Positions 27,461 through 37,555 of a stretch of 64,000 nt of DNA are shown here, in pieces. The stretch is from contig OX638352.1 in NCBI GenBank assembly GCA_951813545.1, positions 2,432,835 through 2,496,834 of the forward strand. The letters run 5' to 3'. The first letter of the stretch is position 1, and each line of letters begins with the position of its first letter. The translations under genes and the position numbers were made by a program. This stretch comes from an uncultured Poribacteria bacterium (GTDB taxonomy: Bacteria > Poribacteria > WGA-4E > WGA-3G). The notes under the pieces were generated by a model, which was not told the origin of the DNA, did no database searches, and saw only the letters and a list, made by a program, of their open reading frames with translations.

Positions 27461-27650
27461 CTGACATAGAGTCCTCCAATTGAAAGCAGTATAGGGTGAA
27501 CCTCAAAATAAGAATGAGGGTTTGTGCTTTCATAAGACATGAATGCAGATTTCGTCGGAAAATCTCACAACAGGCAAATTTTTTTCATTTGTGCTTGACA
27601 ACACCGATGGGGATTTGTAAAATAGCGGTATCTCGTGGAAGGAGCCTACA

Positions 27651-28676
27651 ATGCCGAATTTTACAGCAGAAGAACTCACCACTATTTGCCTCAATGTCTT
27701 TCAAAAATTAAATATCTCGGCATCCGAGGCGGAAATCGTAACTCACTCTATGGTGGATGCCAATCGCGTCGGCCACGATTCACACGGCGTTATTCATCTC
27801 CTAAAGTATGTCCGTGAATTGGAAACGGGATTGATTGAACCCGGTGTTCCAATAGAGACACTACATGAATCTGCATCTATTGCGGTTTTAGATGGAAATT
27901 GGGGGTTCGGTCCCGTTATTGCGACGCGCGCCGTTGAGGTGGCAATCCAGAAAGCAAAGCAGACGGATATAAGTTCCGTCGCTGTGTCACGGTGCAATGA
28001 GGTGGGTCGGTTAGGTGGGTATGCGTGCCTCGCAGCGGATGCTGAGATGATCGCATTGCTCATGGCAAATGACCACGGGGGTGGCACCTGTGTCGCGCCA
28101 CACGGTGGCGTTGAAGGCAGACTCTCTACAAATCCTATCGCGTGTGCAGTGCCGATTGAAGGGCAAGATCCGATTATACTGGATATGTCCACGAGTGTTG
28201 TCGCATCGGGGAAGATTCGGGTCAAACAGCATCGGGACGAAGCAGTGCCTTACGGGTGGTTGATTGACGCTGAAGGTGAGTCAACGACAAATGCGGACGA
28301 TTTCTATGGCACACCACCCGCCGCTATATTGCCATTTGGTGGTGGGGTTTCGGCGCACAAAGGGTTCGGGCTGAGCGTCATTGTTGACATTCTATCCGGT
28401 GCGCTTACGGGTGCTGGATGTAGTCAAGGCGAAGATGCCCGCGTCGGCAATGGATTGTTCGTGTTGGTGATTAACGTTGCCAGTTTTAGAGGGTTTCCGG
28501 GGTTCAGCGCGGAGATAGAACGCTTTATTGCGTATCTCAAATCGGCAAAGCGGGCTGCTGGCGTTGACGCAATTCGGATGCCGGGTGAACGCGGTTGGGA
28601 GGAACAACGCAGACGAGAACGGGAAGGTATTCCGATAGACGCGGAGACATGGACACAAATTCAAACTCTTTTCTAA
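27651..28676 (+). CDS. Ldh_2-family (malate/L-lactate/sulfolactate dehydrogenase type 2) oxidoreductase
   Basis: GHDSHGV, and a length and profile typical of the Ldh_2 family. Confidence 0.8.
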   Translation: MPNFTAEELTTICLNVFQKLNISASEAEIVTHSMVDANRVGHDSHGVIHLLKYVRELETGLIEPGVPIETLHESASIAVLDGNWGFGPVIATRAVEVAIQKAKQTDISSVAVSRCNEVGRLGGYACLAADAEMIALLMANDHGGGTCVAPHGGVEGRLSTNPIACAVPIEGQDPIILDMSTSVVASGKIRVKQHRDEAVPYGWLIDAEGESTTNADDFYGTPPAAILPFGGGVSAHKGFGLSVIVDILSGALTGAGCSQGEDARVGNGLFVLVINVASFRGFPGFSAEIERFIAYLKSAKRAAGVDAIRMPGERGWEEQRRREREGIPIDAETWTQIQTLF

Positions 28677-28767
28677 TTTTCCTTGCGGTTCGTTGAGGCA
28701 GGTTTTAGGGAGGATGTCTATCTCCGTATATTCGGTTTCCCTGCCCGTTGGTTGGGCTTACGCGCTT

Positions 28768-29895
28768 TCACTGGCATGAGGGAGCTGTTAACGATTCGCC
28801 GGTCTCTGGGTGAAACAGGTGCGCTTTGTCCATATTGAAGCTGACCGTTACTTGAGCGTTGTGTTGCGGTACATTGATAAGATCTGATTGGGCAACGAAG
28901 TTGTTTTGCTCTGTCCGAAGGTATAAGAGGGCGTGATTTCCGAGCGGCTCAACCAGTTCCACCTGCGTTTCAACACGATTTTCAAGCTGAAACTTGCTGT
29001 TAGAAGTCCCATTTTCACCAACGTGAATGTCCTCCGGACGGATACCGAGCGTCACCGAATCCCCCGAAAGAGTGTTGAGTGCTGACTGAAGTTGCGCGTT
29101 CAATTCCACCTTGAAGTTTTCAAATCGGAGCGCAGGCGTATCACCGTTATTCACAATCTGTGTCTCTATGAAGTTCATCGGCGGCGTGCCGATGAAGCCG
29201 CCGACGAATTGGTTTGCGGGTTTGTGATAGAGCGTTCCCGGATCGGCAATCTGCTGGATTTTCCCCTCATTGAGCACCACTATTTGGTCCCCCATCGTCA
29301 TCGCCTCAACTTGGTCGTGTGTGACGTAGACAATAGTGGCGTTAAGCCGATCGTGCAGACGACTGATTTCCATCCGCATTTGCACGCGTAGCTTCGCATC
29401 GAGGTTGCTCAAGGGTTCATCGAACAGGAATACCTTCGGATGCCGAACGATTGCCCTACCGACGGCGACACGTTGGCGTTCACCACCGGAGAGGTGCTTC
29501 GGCTTGCGGTTCAGGAGGTGCGAGATGCTCAGAATCTCCGCTGCCTCTTTGACACGCTCATCAATCTCCGCTTTCGGATATTTGCGAAGTTTCAACCCAA
29601 ACGCCATGTTCTTATACACCGTCATGTGTGGATAGAGGGCGTAGTTCTGGAAGACCATGGCAATGTCTCTATCTTTAGGCGGAATGTCGTTGATGCGTTC
29701 ATCATCGATGTAGATGTCGCCTGCTGTTATCTCTTCCAATCCGGCGATCATTCGTAACATAGTCGATTTGCCGCAACCCGACGGACCAACGAGCACGGTA
29801 AACGATTCGTCCGGAATCTGAAAATCTGCCTGTTCCACTGCGAGAACGTCACCGTCGTAAACTTTGGTGACATCTTTCAAACTAACTTGTGCCAT
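28768..29895 (-). CDS. ABC transporter ATP-binding protein, sugar import (MalK/UgpC-like)
   Basis: Walker A GPSGCGKST, signature LSGGERQR, Walker B FLFDEPLSNLD, and a C-terminal TOBE-like domain. Confidence 0.85.
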   Translation of the reverse strand: MAQVSLKDVTKVYDGDVLAVEQADFQIPDESFTVLVGPSGCGKSTMLRMIAGLEEITAGDIYIDDERINDIPPKDRDIAMVFQNYALYPHMTVYKNMAFGLKLRKYPKAEIDERVKEAAEILSISHLLNRKPKHLSGGERQRVAVGRAIVRHPKVFLFDEPLSNLDAKLRVQMRMEISRLHDRLNATIVYVTHDQVEAMTMGDQIVVLNEGKIQQIADPGTLYHKPANQFVGGFIGTPPMNFIETQIVNNGDTPALRFENFKVELNAQLQSALNTLSGDSVTLGIRPEDIHVGENGTSNSKFQLENRVETQVELVEPLGNHALLYLRTEQNNFVAQSDLINVPQHNAQVTVSFNMDKAHLFHPETGESLTAPSCQ

Positions 29896-29914
29896 CGCCG
29901 CTCCTTGAAAACTC

Positions 29915-31483
29915 CTATTGAGGGGCTACATCCTCTTTTTTCACGGCAGGTTGCGCTATCAATTCGGCAACAGCCGTTTCAACATCAAATCCGCCAAGGC
30001 TTGCTTTTCGGATAATACCTTCACCGTCAATTAGAAAGGCTGATGGAATTCCCCACACTCCGTATAGCGTCCTTAACTTCCGGCTTTCATCCCAATATTG
30101 AAGCCACGCAAGTCCTTCTTCTTCTACATAAGCCTCAAGGGGTTCCTTTGACCTATCTAAACTGATGCCGATGATTTGGAAATTCTGATCCTTGTATTTT
30201 TCATAAGTCTTCTTAATTTTCGGCATCTCGGCAATACAAGGTCCACACCATGTTGCCCAGAAGTCAAGCAACACAACCTTCCCGTGAAAGTCTTTCAAAG
30301 AAAGTTCTTCACCTTTCAAATCCGTTACCTGAAAATTTGGTGCCGGTTTCCCGACCCATTCACTCGGATTTGTCCTGAGAGACTTAGATGATTCATCTTT
30401 TTGAGAAGTTGTTTCCTGTTTCAGGATCTTTGTCGCGGGTATCGACTGTGATTGCGAACCGGTCTCAGATGTTTTGGCAGGTTTTTCGAGATTTTCCTTC
30501 ACCAAGTCCGCGACAGCATGTTCAAGCGTGTGTCCACGGAGGTTCGTTTTACGGATGACACCCTCACCGTCAATCAGGAAGGTTGACGGAATCGAACGGA
30601 CCTTGTACAGATCGGCGACCTTACCGATGTTGTCCCAATGATGAAGCCAGCCAAGTTTCTCTTTTTCAATATAAGCCTCAAGGGGCGTTATGGACCTATC
30701 TAAACTAATACCGATAATCTGAAACTTCTGATCTTTATACTTTTCGTAAGTCCTCTTAACATTCGGTATCTCTGCGATGCAGGGTCCACACCACGTTGCC
30801 CAGAAATCGAGAAGGATCACCTGCCCGCGATACTGCTCCAGCGAAAGGGTCTCACCCTTCAGATCCGTCACCTGAAAATCCAGTGCCTGTTTACCGATCC
30901 ACTCCCTTGGATTTATGCTCATCCCAGGTGGTTTCGGCAATTCACCCTTTCGATCGGCTTTATCTTGTTCGAGAATCTTTTTGGCGAGTTTCGCCTGCGA
31001 TCGTGAACCGTACTTCGGATGAGCTATCAATTTCTGGTAGGCACTGTCTGCTTTGTCGTGTTTGCCAAGTTTGTCATACGCCAACCCCAAGTCTAACAAG
31101 CAACGTTCAACGTAGCGAGCCTCCGGATGGTCCTGGGTGACTTTTTCAAAGGCTTTGATCCCTTCTTCAACATGCTCCAGCTGCACTAAGGCATTGCCGA
31201 GAATATGATAAACTTCATCCACTCGTCTGTATTCCGGATGTGCTGCAACAAAATCTCTTGACTTCTCAACTAACCTCTCTAAATCTTCCTGTTTCTTCTG
31301 CTGTTTGAGACTTTTAGAAATTGCCTTAATTTCCTGATACTTGTAAGCTGCTTTCACCGAAGCCGCACCAGCGAAGTTCGCACAAAAACCTATCAACACA
31401 AGACTTGTGAGCACGTAAATGAGATGAGTACAAAAACCTCTATTTCTGTTTTGCTGTGAGTCTATTTTACTTCGGAAGAACAT
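29915..31483 (-). CDS. TPR-repeat protein with two tandem TlpA/ResA-like thioredoxin domains
   Basis: WATWCGPC occurs twice. The TPR-like N-terminal half. Start chosen at MFFRSK, which has an AGGAGG RBS. The longer ORF from 31636 lacks an RBS. Confidence 0.75.
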   Translation of the reverse strand: MFFRSKIDSQQNRNRGFCTHLIYVLTSLVLIGFCANFAGAASVKAAYKYQEIKAISKSLKQQKKQEDLERLVEKSRDFVAAHPEYRRVDEVYHILGNALVQLEHVEEGIKAFEKVTQDHPEARYVERCLLDLGLAYDKLGKHDKADSAYQKLIAHPKYGSRSQAKLAKKILEQDKADRKGELPKPPGMSINPREWIGKQALDFQVTDLKGETLSLEQYRGQVILLDFWATWCGPCIAEIPNVKRTYEKYKDQKFQIIGISLDRSITPLEAYIEKEKLGWLHHWDNIGKVADLYKVRSIPSTFLIDGEGVIRKTNLRGHTLEHAVADLVKENLEKPAKTSETGSQSQSIPATKILKQETTSQKDESSKSLRTNPSEWVGKPAPNFQVTDLKGEELSLKDFHGKVVLLDFWATWCGPCIAEMPKIKKTYEKYKDQNFQIIGISLDRSKEPLEAYVEEEGLAWLQYWDESRKLRTLYGVWGIPSAFLIDGEGIIRKASLGGFDVETAVAELIAQPAVKKEDVAPQ

Positions 31484-31540
31484 CGTTAGCCTCCTCATAT
31501 TTATCAGATCTCTTTGAATTTGTGTGCAATGCTTTATGTT

Positions 31541-31660
31541 ACAGTAAAGCCCAAAAATATGTGGACAGTTGCTCGGTGAAGCAAACCCGCACCACCGCTG
31601 GCGAGGATTGTATCCTCGCCTCCCTGCAAGGTCCAAGTAATTGTAGATTTTATTATAAAA
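31541..31660. repeat. Copy of the intergenic repeat family, with hairpin GGCGAGGAT-TGT-ATCCTCGCC
   Basis: Aligns with 3205-3346 through AGTAAAGCCCAAAAATATGTGGACAG...CCGCTGGCGAGG...AGTAATT. Confidence 0.5.
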
Positions 31661-31708
31661 CTCGATAAAAACGTGCGAGATTTCAACCTCGTTAGCGAAG
31701 TCGGCGGC

Positions 31709-32716
31709 TTAATTTGCTCGGTTTTCCTGTACGAGGTCAGCAACGGCACTCTCAAGCGCGTAACCGCGGAGGTTCACCCTGCGAACAATACCCGCACCAT
31801 CAATCAGAAAAGTTGATGGAATTGCACGGACATTGTACAGGAGACTGATCTTACCACCACTGTCCAAATATTGTCGCCACGCGATGCCTTCTTTGTCGAT
31901 GTATGCCTCAAGCGGAGCAGTTGAGTTATCCAAGCTAATACCGACGATCTGAAACTTCTGATCTTTATACTTTTCGTAGGTCCTCTTAACGTTTGGCATC
32001 TCGGCAATACAGGGTCCACACCACGTTGCCCAGAAGTCGAGAAGGACCACCTGCCCGCGATACTGCTCCAGCGAAAGGGTTTCACCGATCAGATCCGTCA
32101 CTTGAAAATCTGGCGCGGGTTTACTGATGAACTGGTTCGGTCGCTGACTCTGACTCGCTTCAGGTGAACTAGCTAATTCACCTTTTCGCTCGGTTCTATC
32201 CTGTTCAAGAAGTTGCAGTGCTGTTGCGGCATACCTACCCGTCCGATACTTTGAATGATTTGTCAGTTTTCCGTAAATCGCATCCGCTTTGTCGTGCTCG
32301 CTGATTTTGTCGTAAGCTAGCCCCAGCGTTAACATACTCGGTTCAACATAGCTAGCAGAAGGATAGTCCCGAATAAGTTTCTCAAGGACAGCTATACCTT
32401 CTTCAGCGCGCTGCATCTGAACTAAGATGGTGCCGAGAAGATAATATACCTCGTCCACCTGCCTGTATTTTGGGTGCGCTTTGATGAAAGCCTGTGATTT
32501 TTCAACCAACGCCTCATAATCAGCGGGGTCTCCACCCTCTGAAAGTTTTTTAGCAATTGCTTTAATCTCGTGGTAGGCGTGGCTGGCTGAAACTGCATCT
32601 GAGACTGTCACGTCAAGGGTCGAACTCACGCAAGAACTGATTAATGCCAATCCCGTGAGTACGATAATCAGGGAGTACCAGCGGTTTGTTCTGGAACTCT
32701 CATTTCGGGGAAGCAT
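31709..32716 (-). CDS. TPR-repeat protein with a single TlpA-like thioredoxin domain (paralog)
   Basis: WATWCGPCIAEMP and an N-terminal TPR-like region homologous to 29915..31483. Confidence 0.75.
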   Translation of the reverse strand: MLPRNESSRTNRWYSLIIVLTGLALISSCVSSTLDVTVSDAVSASHAYHEIKAIAKKLSEGGDPADYEALVEKSQAFIKAHPKYRQVDEVYYLLGTILVQMQRAEEGIAVLEKLIRDYPSASYVEPSMLTLGLAYDKISEHDKADAIYGKLTNHSKYRTGRYAATALQLLEQDRTERKGELASSPEASQSQRPNQFISKPAPDFQVTDLIGETLSLEQYRGQVVLLDFWATWCGPCIAEMPNVKRTYEKYKDQKFQIVGISLDNSTAPLEAYIDKEGIAWRQYLDSGGKISLLYNVRAIPSTFLIDGAGIVRRVNLRGYALESAVADLVQENRAN

Positions 32717-32747
32717 CGTCCGTCTCCTTCACGCAAATTGGTGTCTG

Positions 32748-33338
32748 TTAAACAGCGTTCCGATAGGAATACGCCAGTAGCAACTTAATCTCTTCCGCCT
32801 GCACTTGTTGCAAGAAACGGGTTACGTCCGAATCGGAGCTGCCTTCGGCGGCTTGGCACCAATCGATAAACTGATAAGCATCCCAATTCTCTTGCGCCGC
32901 AATAGTTTGTCCGATGTCTGCAAGCGCGTCCGATGGATTTTGTGTTTCCTCGAAAAGTTCGAGTGCGCGTTCACGTAACTCAGGGAAAATCGGGTGTGTA
33001 CCGACTCTACCGAACCAATACTTGGAGTTGCTGTAATCCGGTTCACGGCGATGCATGATGCCGTGCCAGTAGCTGCCCGTCTGATTTTCTAATCCTTGTG
33101 AGATATTATGCGATTCATCGAGTGCGTCGTTCCATAGGAGTAAGCCGCTTTTAATGGCTTCCCCAAACGTCATATTTTTCAGCGATTCTCCGTCGAAAAG
33201 TTCATCGACGGATGCCGATTCCAGGGCATCTGTCAGTTCACTATTCCACGCTTTCTGTGGAACGAGTGTTGGGAGTGGGTTACCTGCTTCTAATTTTTCG
33301 ATAGCTTCAGCGATTGCTGATGTGTATGTTACATCCAT
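32748..33338 (-). CDS. Hypothetical protein
   Basis: AAGGAG RBS then ATG (MDVTYTSAI...). No recognised domain. Confidence 0.5.
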   Translation of the reverse strand: MDVTYTSAIAEAIEKLEAGNPLPTLVPQKAWNSELTDALESASVDELFDGESLKNMTFGEAIKSGLLLWNDALDESHNISQGLENQTGSYWHGIMHRREPDYSNSKYWFGRVGTHPIFPELRERALELFEETQNPSDALADIGQTIAAQENWDAYQFIDWCQAAEGSSDSDVTRFLQQVQAEEIKLLLAYSYRNAV

Positions 33339-33623
33339 GAGAAGACTCCTTAGCGTCCAAATCGGTCTAATTTGAAAATAGTTTACCATCTTTCTCCAAA
33401 TAAATCAAGCGTTTTCAGATTTTTCTCTGGTTCCTTCTCTTTGCTGGCGGGGTTTGCTACCCCGCTTACTGAAAACTAAAAACCCTTGGCTGAATGCGGA
33501 AACCGGTTGACATTTCTGAAAACTTGTGGTACACTCTACCGATGCTTATTGGCACAGTTGCAGTCGGCGCACTAAGGCCAAATCTTACATACTATCTATT
33601 CAGGAGACGCTTTGAGGTAATTT

Positions 33624-34520
33624 ATGGCAAAAGTTGGACTCATCGGGGTCGGCAACATGGGCATGGGGATGTCGCGAAACATTTTGAAAGCCGGACATGA
33701 ACTGACGGTATATGATGTCCGCCCAGAACCGTTAGAAACACTTGCACAAGAAGGGGCACACACCGCTGCATCGCCACGTGAAGTCGGTGCCGCCGCAGAT
33801 ACTGTCTTTATCATGGTGCTGAATGTCGAACAAGTTAAAGCAGCACTGCTCACAGAAAACGGACTGCTGGCAGGGCTCAAACCGGGATCTACAGTCATCT
33901 GTACAGCAACTATCGGACGCTCTCAAGTGATAGAGGTTGCCGAACTGGTGACAGCAGAAGGTCTCAATATGGTTGATGCGCCTGTCAGTGGAGGCGCGCC
34001 GGGTGCGGCTGCGGGTACACTCACAATGATGGTGTCGGCACTAACCGAGACATTTGAAGCATCAAAACCGGTGCTTGAAGCGGTCGGACGGGACATCTAC
34101 CATGTCGGAGAAGAGATTGGGATGGGACAGACCGTCAAATCCGCACTCGCAGTCCTGATAGGTACCACGTATGCGGGTATCTTTGAAGCACTGACGCTGG
34201 CAGTGAAGGCAGGCGTAACACCGGAGACACTTCGCGATGTCGTCAGTACAAGCGTCGTCGGGAATTTCCTCTTCACGGATACAACACAAAACATCTTAGA
34301 GCGAAACTTCAAGGGACAAAGCAATATCGGTACAATGTATAAGGACCTCACCTTGGCAAAAAATATGGCGAGTGAATGTGGTGTCCCTCTTTTCGCAGCG
34401 AGTGCTGCCTTTGAACTGTTTCAGGCGGGGAAAGCAGTAAATCCTGATGAGGATAACTGGACTATTATCAAAATCCTCGAAAGCATCGCAGGTGTTGAGG
34501 TGAAAAAAACGGAAGAATGA
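33624..34520 (+). CDS. 3-hydroxyisobutyrate/2-hydroxy-3-oxopropionate reductase family NAD(P)-dependent dehydrogenase
   Basis: KVGLIGVGNMGMGMSRNILKAGHELTVYD Rossmann. HIBADH-like body. Confidence 0.8.
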   Translation: MAKVGLIGVGNMGMGMSRNILKAGHELTVYDVRPEPLETLAQEGAHTAASPREVGAAADTVFIMVLNVEQVKAALLTENGLLAGLKPGSTVICTATIGRSQVIEVAELVTAEGLNMVDAPVSGGAPGAAAGTLTMMVSALTETFEASKPVLEAVGRDIYHVGEEIGMGQTVKSALAVLIGTTYAGIFEALTLAVKAGVTPETLRDVVSTSVVGNFLFTDTTQNILERNFKGQSNIGTMYKDLTLAKNMASECGVPLFAASAAFELFQAGKAVNPDEDNWTIIKILESIAGVEVKKTEE

Positions 34521-34651
34521 AACCGAAAAACGGAAGAATCGAGGGATGGAAGGATCAGTGGATATCCAATCTTTCCAGCATCGGAAGAGCGGAACTTCCG
34601 TTATTTGTTCAAACGAAAGAATTCAAACGAAAGAAATTGAAAGGGAGTTGA

Positions 34652-35503
34652 ATGTTCAAATTGGGAACCATCACGGATGGAATTAGTCGGGATTTTGAAT
34701 ACGCACTTGACACAATGGTAGAAACCGGCTTGGAATACGTTGAATTACAGTATCTTTGGGAAAAACAGGTCGGAGATCTGACGGATGCAGATATTGAGCG
34801 GGTCAAAAAGTTAATTGACAATCGAGATCTAAAAGTATCGTGTATCTCGCATCATAATCTCTCGGCACTTCCTCTGGACACGGCAGTTGATGCGCCTGCA
34901 TATCGAGCGCATATTTCGACATTGCAGCGGTGTATTGATGTTGCACAAGCACTCGGCACGAATCTCGTACGGATTTTCAGTTTTCGGAAAGAGATGGTCC
35001 TTTTTGGGGCGGAACCGGTTATCTCGGAGGACGCATGGACAACGCTCCTGAACCGGTTAGAGGAACCCTTGCGAATCGCCGATGCGGTGGGTATCACACT
35101 TGTCATTGAAACTGCAATCTCCGGTAATGTGACATCGGCATACCTTGCCAGAAAACTGATTGACGAATTAGGCGCGTCACATCTGAAAGTCCTCTGGGAT
35201 CCGTGTAGCTCTCTCTATTGTACCGAAGTCCCTTATCCGGACGGCTATGAGATTATCCGTGACCATATCGCGCACGTTCACCTCAAGGACGGTGTCGTAA
35301 ATCTTCCAGCAGCAACATTCGATTTCTGTGCAATGCGCCAGGGACAGATGGATGCTTACTACAATGACATTGTGGATGCCTTGAAACGGGATGGGTATGA
35401 CGGCGCGATCTCTTTAGAGAGTGTTTATACCCCAGAGGGTGGAACGCGCGAGGATGGATTTAGGGAGTCTTTACCTGTCTTTATGGAACTTATGGGTAGA
35501 TAA
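34652..35503 (+). CDS. Sugar phosphate isomerase/epimerase (xylose isomerase-like TIM barrel)
   Basis: AP_endonuc_2-like profile. Conserved H/D/E positions (IAHVHLKD, ISLES). Confidence 0.75.
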   Translation: MFKLGTITDGISRDFEYALDTMVETGLEYVELQYLWEKQVGDLTDADIERVKKLIDNRDLKVSCISHHNLSALPLDTAVDAPAYRAHISTLQRCIDVAQALGTNLVRIFSFRKEMVLFGAEPVISEDAWTTLLNRLEEPLRIADAVGITLVIETAISGNVTSAYLARKLIDELGASHLKVLWDPCSSLYCTEVPYPDGYEIIRDHIAHVHLKDGVVNLPAATFDFCAMRQGQMDAYYNDIVDALKRDGYDGAISLESVYTPEGGTREDGFRESLPVFMELMGR

Positions 35504-35980
35504 ACCAACCGGCAAACAAAAGGACGCAGCCTACGCGCCGCTGGCGGGGTTTGATGAAGATTAACAATTTAATTCGGTAATTTCCTAACGATGCTCGGTG
35601 CGGTTGCAAACCGCACCATAGGTGTCAATTTAGGAGTAGGAACATCTCTACAAATGCCGCCCCTACGGGGCTAAAGCATTGGGGTAAACGTGTTTCTACA
35701 CAAATGCTGCAGAAATACCCAAGCAAATAAACCCTACGGGACTAAAGAGAGTTTTAGCAGACGTGCGTTTTAGGTTTAAGTCCAGGGCGATTAGGAAATC
35801 GAACCTGCCGGACCTGGGGATTGTGGTTGTCCTTTTTTAAATAAAATTGACAGTTATGGTGCGGTTGCAAACCGCACCTACCGGACCTGGGGAAAACATA
35901 GAATTACCGAAATATTTACTTAAACTTCATTAACCCCGCTGATGTCCCGTTAATTATAGGCTTCACTATAGTCCCAAAAG
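35504..35980. repeat. Repeat-dense intergenic region. GGTGCGGTTGCAAACCGCACC occurs twice, CCGGACCTGGGGA occurs twice, GCCCCGTAGGGGC-family copies are present in reverse orientation, and a CGCTGGCGGGG copy is present.
   Basis: Copies seen directly at 35596-35620 and 35861-35881, at 35809-35821 and 35882-35894, at 35645-35672 and 35723-35745, and at 35541-35562. Confidence 0.5.
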
Positions 35981-35984
35981 AAAA

Positions 35985-36030
35985 AAGGACGCAGTCAATA
36001 TATGATATACAGACTGCGTCCTTTATTTCT
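35985..36030 (-). terminator. Rho-independent terminator for 36065..37291
   Basis: 11-bp stem AGGACGCAGTC/GACTGCGTCCT. On the minus strand it is followed by TTTTTTCTTTT. Confidence 0.6.
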
Positions 36031-36064
36031 GCAAGGTACAGAGACCTCGCACTAAAGTCATACA

Positions 36065-37291
36065 TTACTTGGCTTTCAAACTTCCCCAAGTTGTGAAGAG
36101 TTTTCCAGCAGGTTCGACGGAAACAAATCCACCGGTGTAAATATCCCATAAGCCACCAACACCAGCGAACAAACTCCAACCGCCGCCGCGTTCACTGACC
36201 TTCACTAACAGGACATTCTTACCTGCTACCAAGTTAACTGTGAAGTCATCTTGGAAGTCGCCAGCACCACGGTTGACTGGGTTGTTATGAACAACTTCAC
36301 CGTTGAACCAGACCTTGACAGAGTCATCACTACCGACTTTCGCCGGAACGCCGTCCTGCGCTTCAGGAGCGTCAAGGATAATCAATCCATAAACCGAATG
36401 GTCGTTAACATCGCCTTCGCCTAAGCCAAGATCGTTGACAAGATCGTTGACGTTGTCGCCACCGGTTGCGGCAATCTCACCGACCGTCCATTGCAAATCA
36501 CCGACAGCATCGCCTTCACTGGCACCGTTTGCTGCGACCATGTCTTCAGTAACTTCACCACCGCTGGCTTCAGCGAGTGAATCCACATCGGTGGAATTTG
36601 CGCCGCCTTGGCCAGTCTCGGTTGGTGCAATCACCCAGAGCCATGGACCGGTAATTTTTCCAGCCACACCAAGAACAGCGGGTCTTATGGCAGTTTCCAC
36701 ATCGGCATCAACACCGGCGAACATGCTCCAACCACCACCGCGCTCACTGACCTTCACGAGCAAGAGGTTATCACCTTGCTTTATATCAACCTGAAATGTG
36801 TCCTGGAAATCACCAGCCCCACGGTTGACAGGGTTGTTGTGAACCTCTGCACCGTTGAGCCAGACCTTGACAGAGTCATCACTGCCGACTCTCATATCCA
36901 CGCCGCTCTGATCAGAAGCGGATACAAGCGTGATAAGTGCATAAGACGAGTGGTCGTTGACATCGCCTTCACCCAAACCGATTTCGTTGACAAGATCGTT
37001 GACGTTGTTGCCACCGGTTGCGGCAATCTCACCGACTGTCCATACCAAGTCACCGACAGCATCACCTTCGTTTGCGCCGTTTTCTGCGACCATCTGTTCA
37101 GTAACTTCACCACCACTGGCTTCAGCGAGTGAATCGACATCGGTGGAATTTGCGCCACCTTGGTTGGCTTCGGTTGGTGCGATCATCCAGAGCCATGGAC
37201 CGGTAATTTTGTCTTGGGCGTTAGCGGTCATCGTCATGGCAAAAAGTGCTATGAGACATGTCAACCCTATCGTAAATAATTTCCTATACAT
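36065..37291 (-). CDS. Secreted protein with two tandem ~190-aa concanavalin/LamG-like repeats
   Basis: Signal peptide. The unit KITGPWLW(M/V)IAPTE...RVGSDDSVKVW(L/F)NG...LLVKVSERGGGWS(M/L)FAGV occurs twice at about 85% identity. C-terminal tail VEPAGKLFTTWGSLKAK. Confidence 0.65.
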   Translation of the reverse strand: MYRKLFTIGLTCLIALFAMTMTANAQDKITGPWLWMIAPTEANQGGANSTDVDSLAEASGGEVTEQMVAENGANEGDAVGDLVWTVGEIAATGGNNVNDLVNEIGLGEGDVNDHSSYALITLVSASDQSGVDMRVGSDDSVKVWLNGAEVHNNPVNRGAGDFQDTFQVDIKQGDNLLLVKVSERGGGWSMFAGVDADVETAIRPAVLGVAGKITGPWLWVIAPTETGQGGANSTDVDSLAEASGGEVTEDMVAANGASEGDAVGDLQWTVGEIAATGGDNVNDLVNDLGLGEGDVNDHSVYGLIILDAPEAQDGVPAKVGSDDSVKVWFNGEVVHNNPVNRGAGDFQDDFTVNLVAGKNVLLVKVSERGGGWSLFAGVGGLWDIYTGGFVSVEPAGKLFTTWGSLKAK

Positions 37292-37555
37292 GGAAATCCT
37301 CCAATCAATTTTTACTTTTAAATCATATAAGTGACATCAGTGTTGTCCATTCTTGCGGTTCCGGTTGCATCTCGACCAAGGGATCGCAGCCACAATATTA
37401 AGCCGATGCTTATAAAGATAGGACAACCTCTTTAGAGCAGTATAACAAATATACCACAATTAAATCAAGCACAAAAAACTTTATGCAGTTTTAGCCGATA
37501 AAAACGATTCCGAATCACTAATCCAGGAACGGTAATACCGGCTAAAAATACCAAC

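Noticed and set aside
31484-31636. Longer start for the TPR-TlpA gene (MDLAGRRGYNPRQRW...)
   Set aside because: The internal ATG at MFFRSK has an AGGAGG RBS and begins a signal or TM-like segment. The extension would run into the intergenic repeat.
36435-37334. Plus-strand ORFs of 119-174 aa antisense to the secreted repeat protein
   Set aside because: These are Ala/Ser/Pro/Thr-rich mirror frames of a GC-rich repetitive gene. The minus strand has a signal peptide and paralogs.
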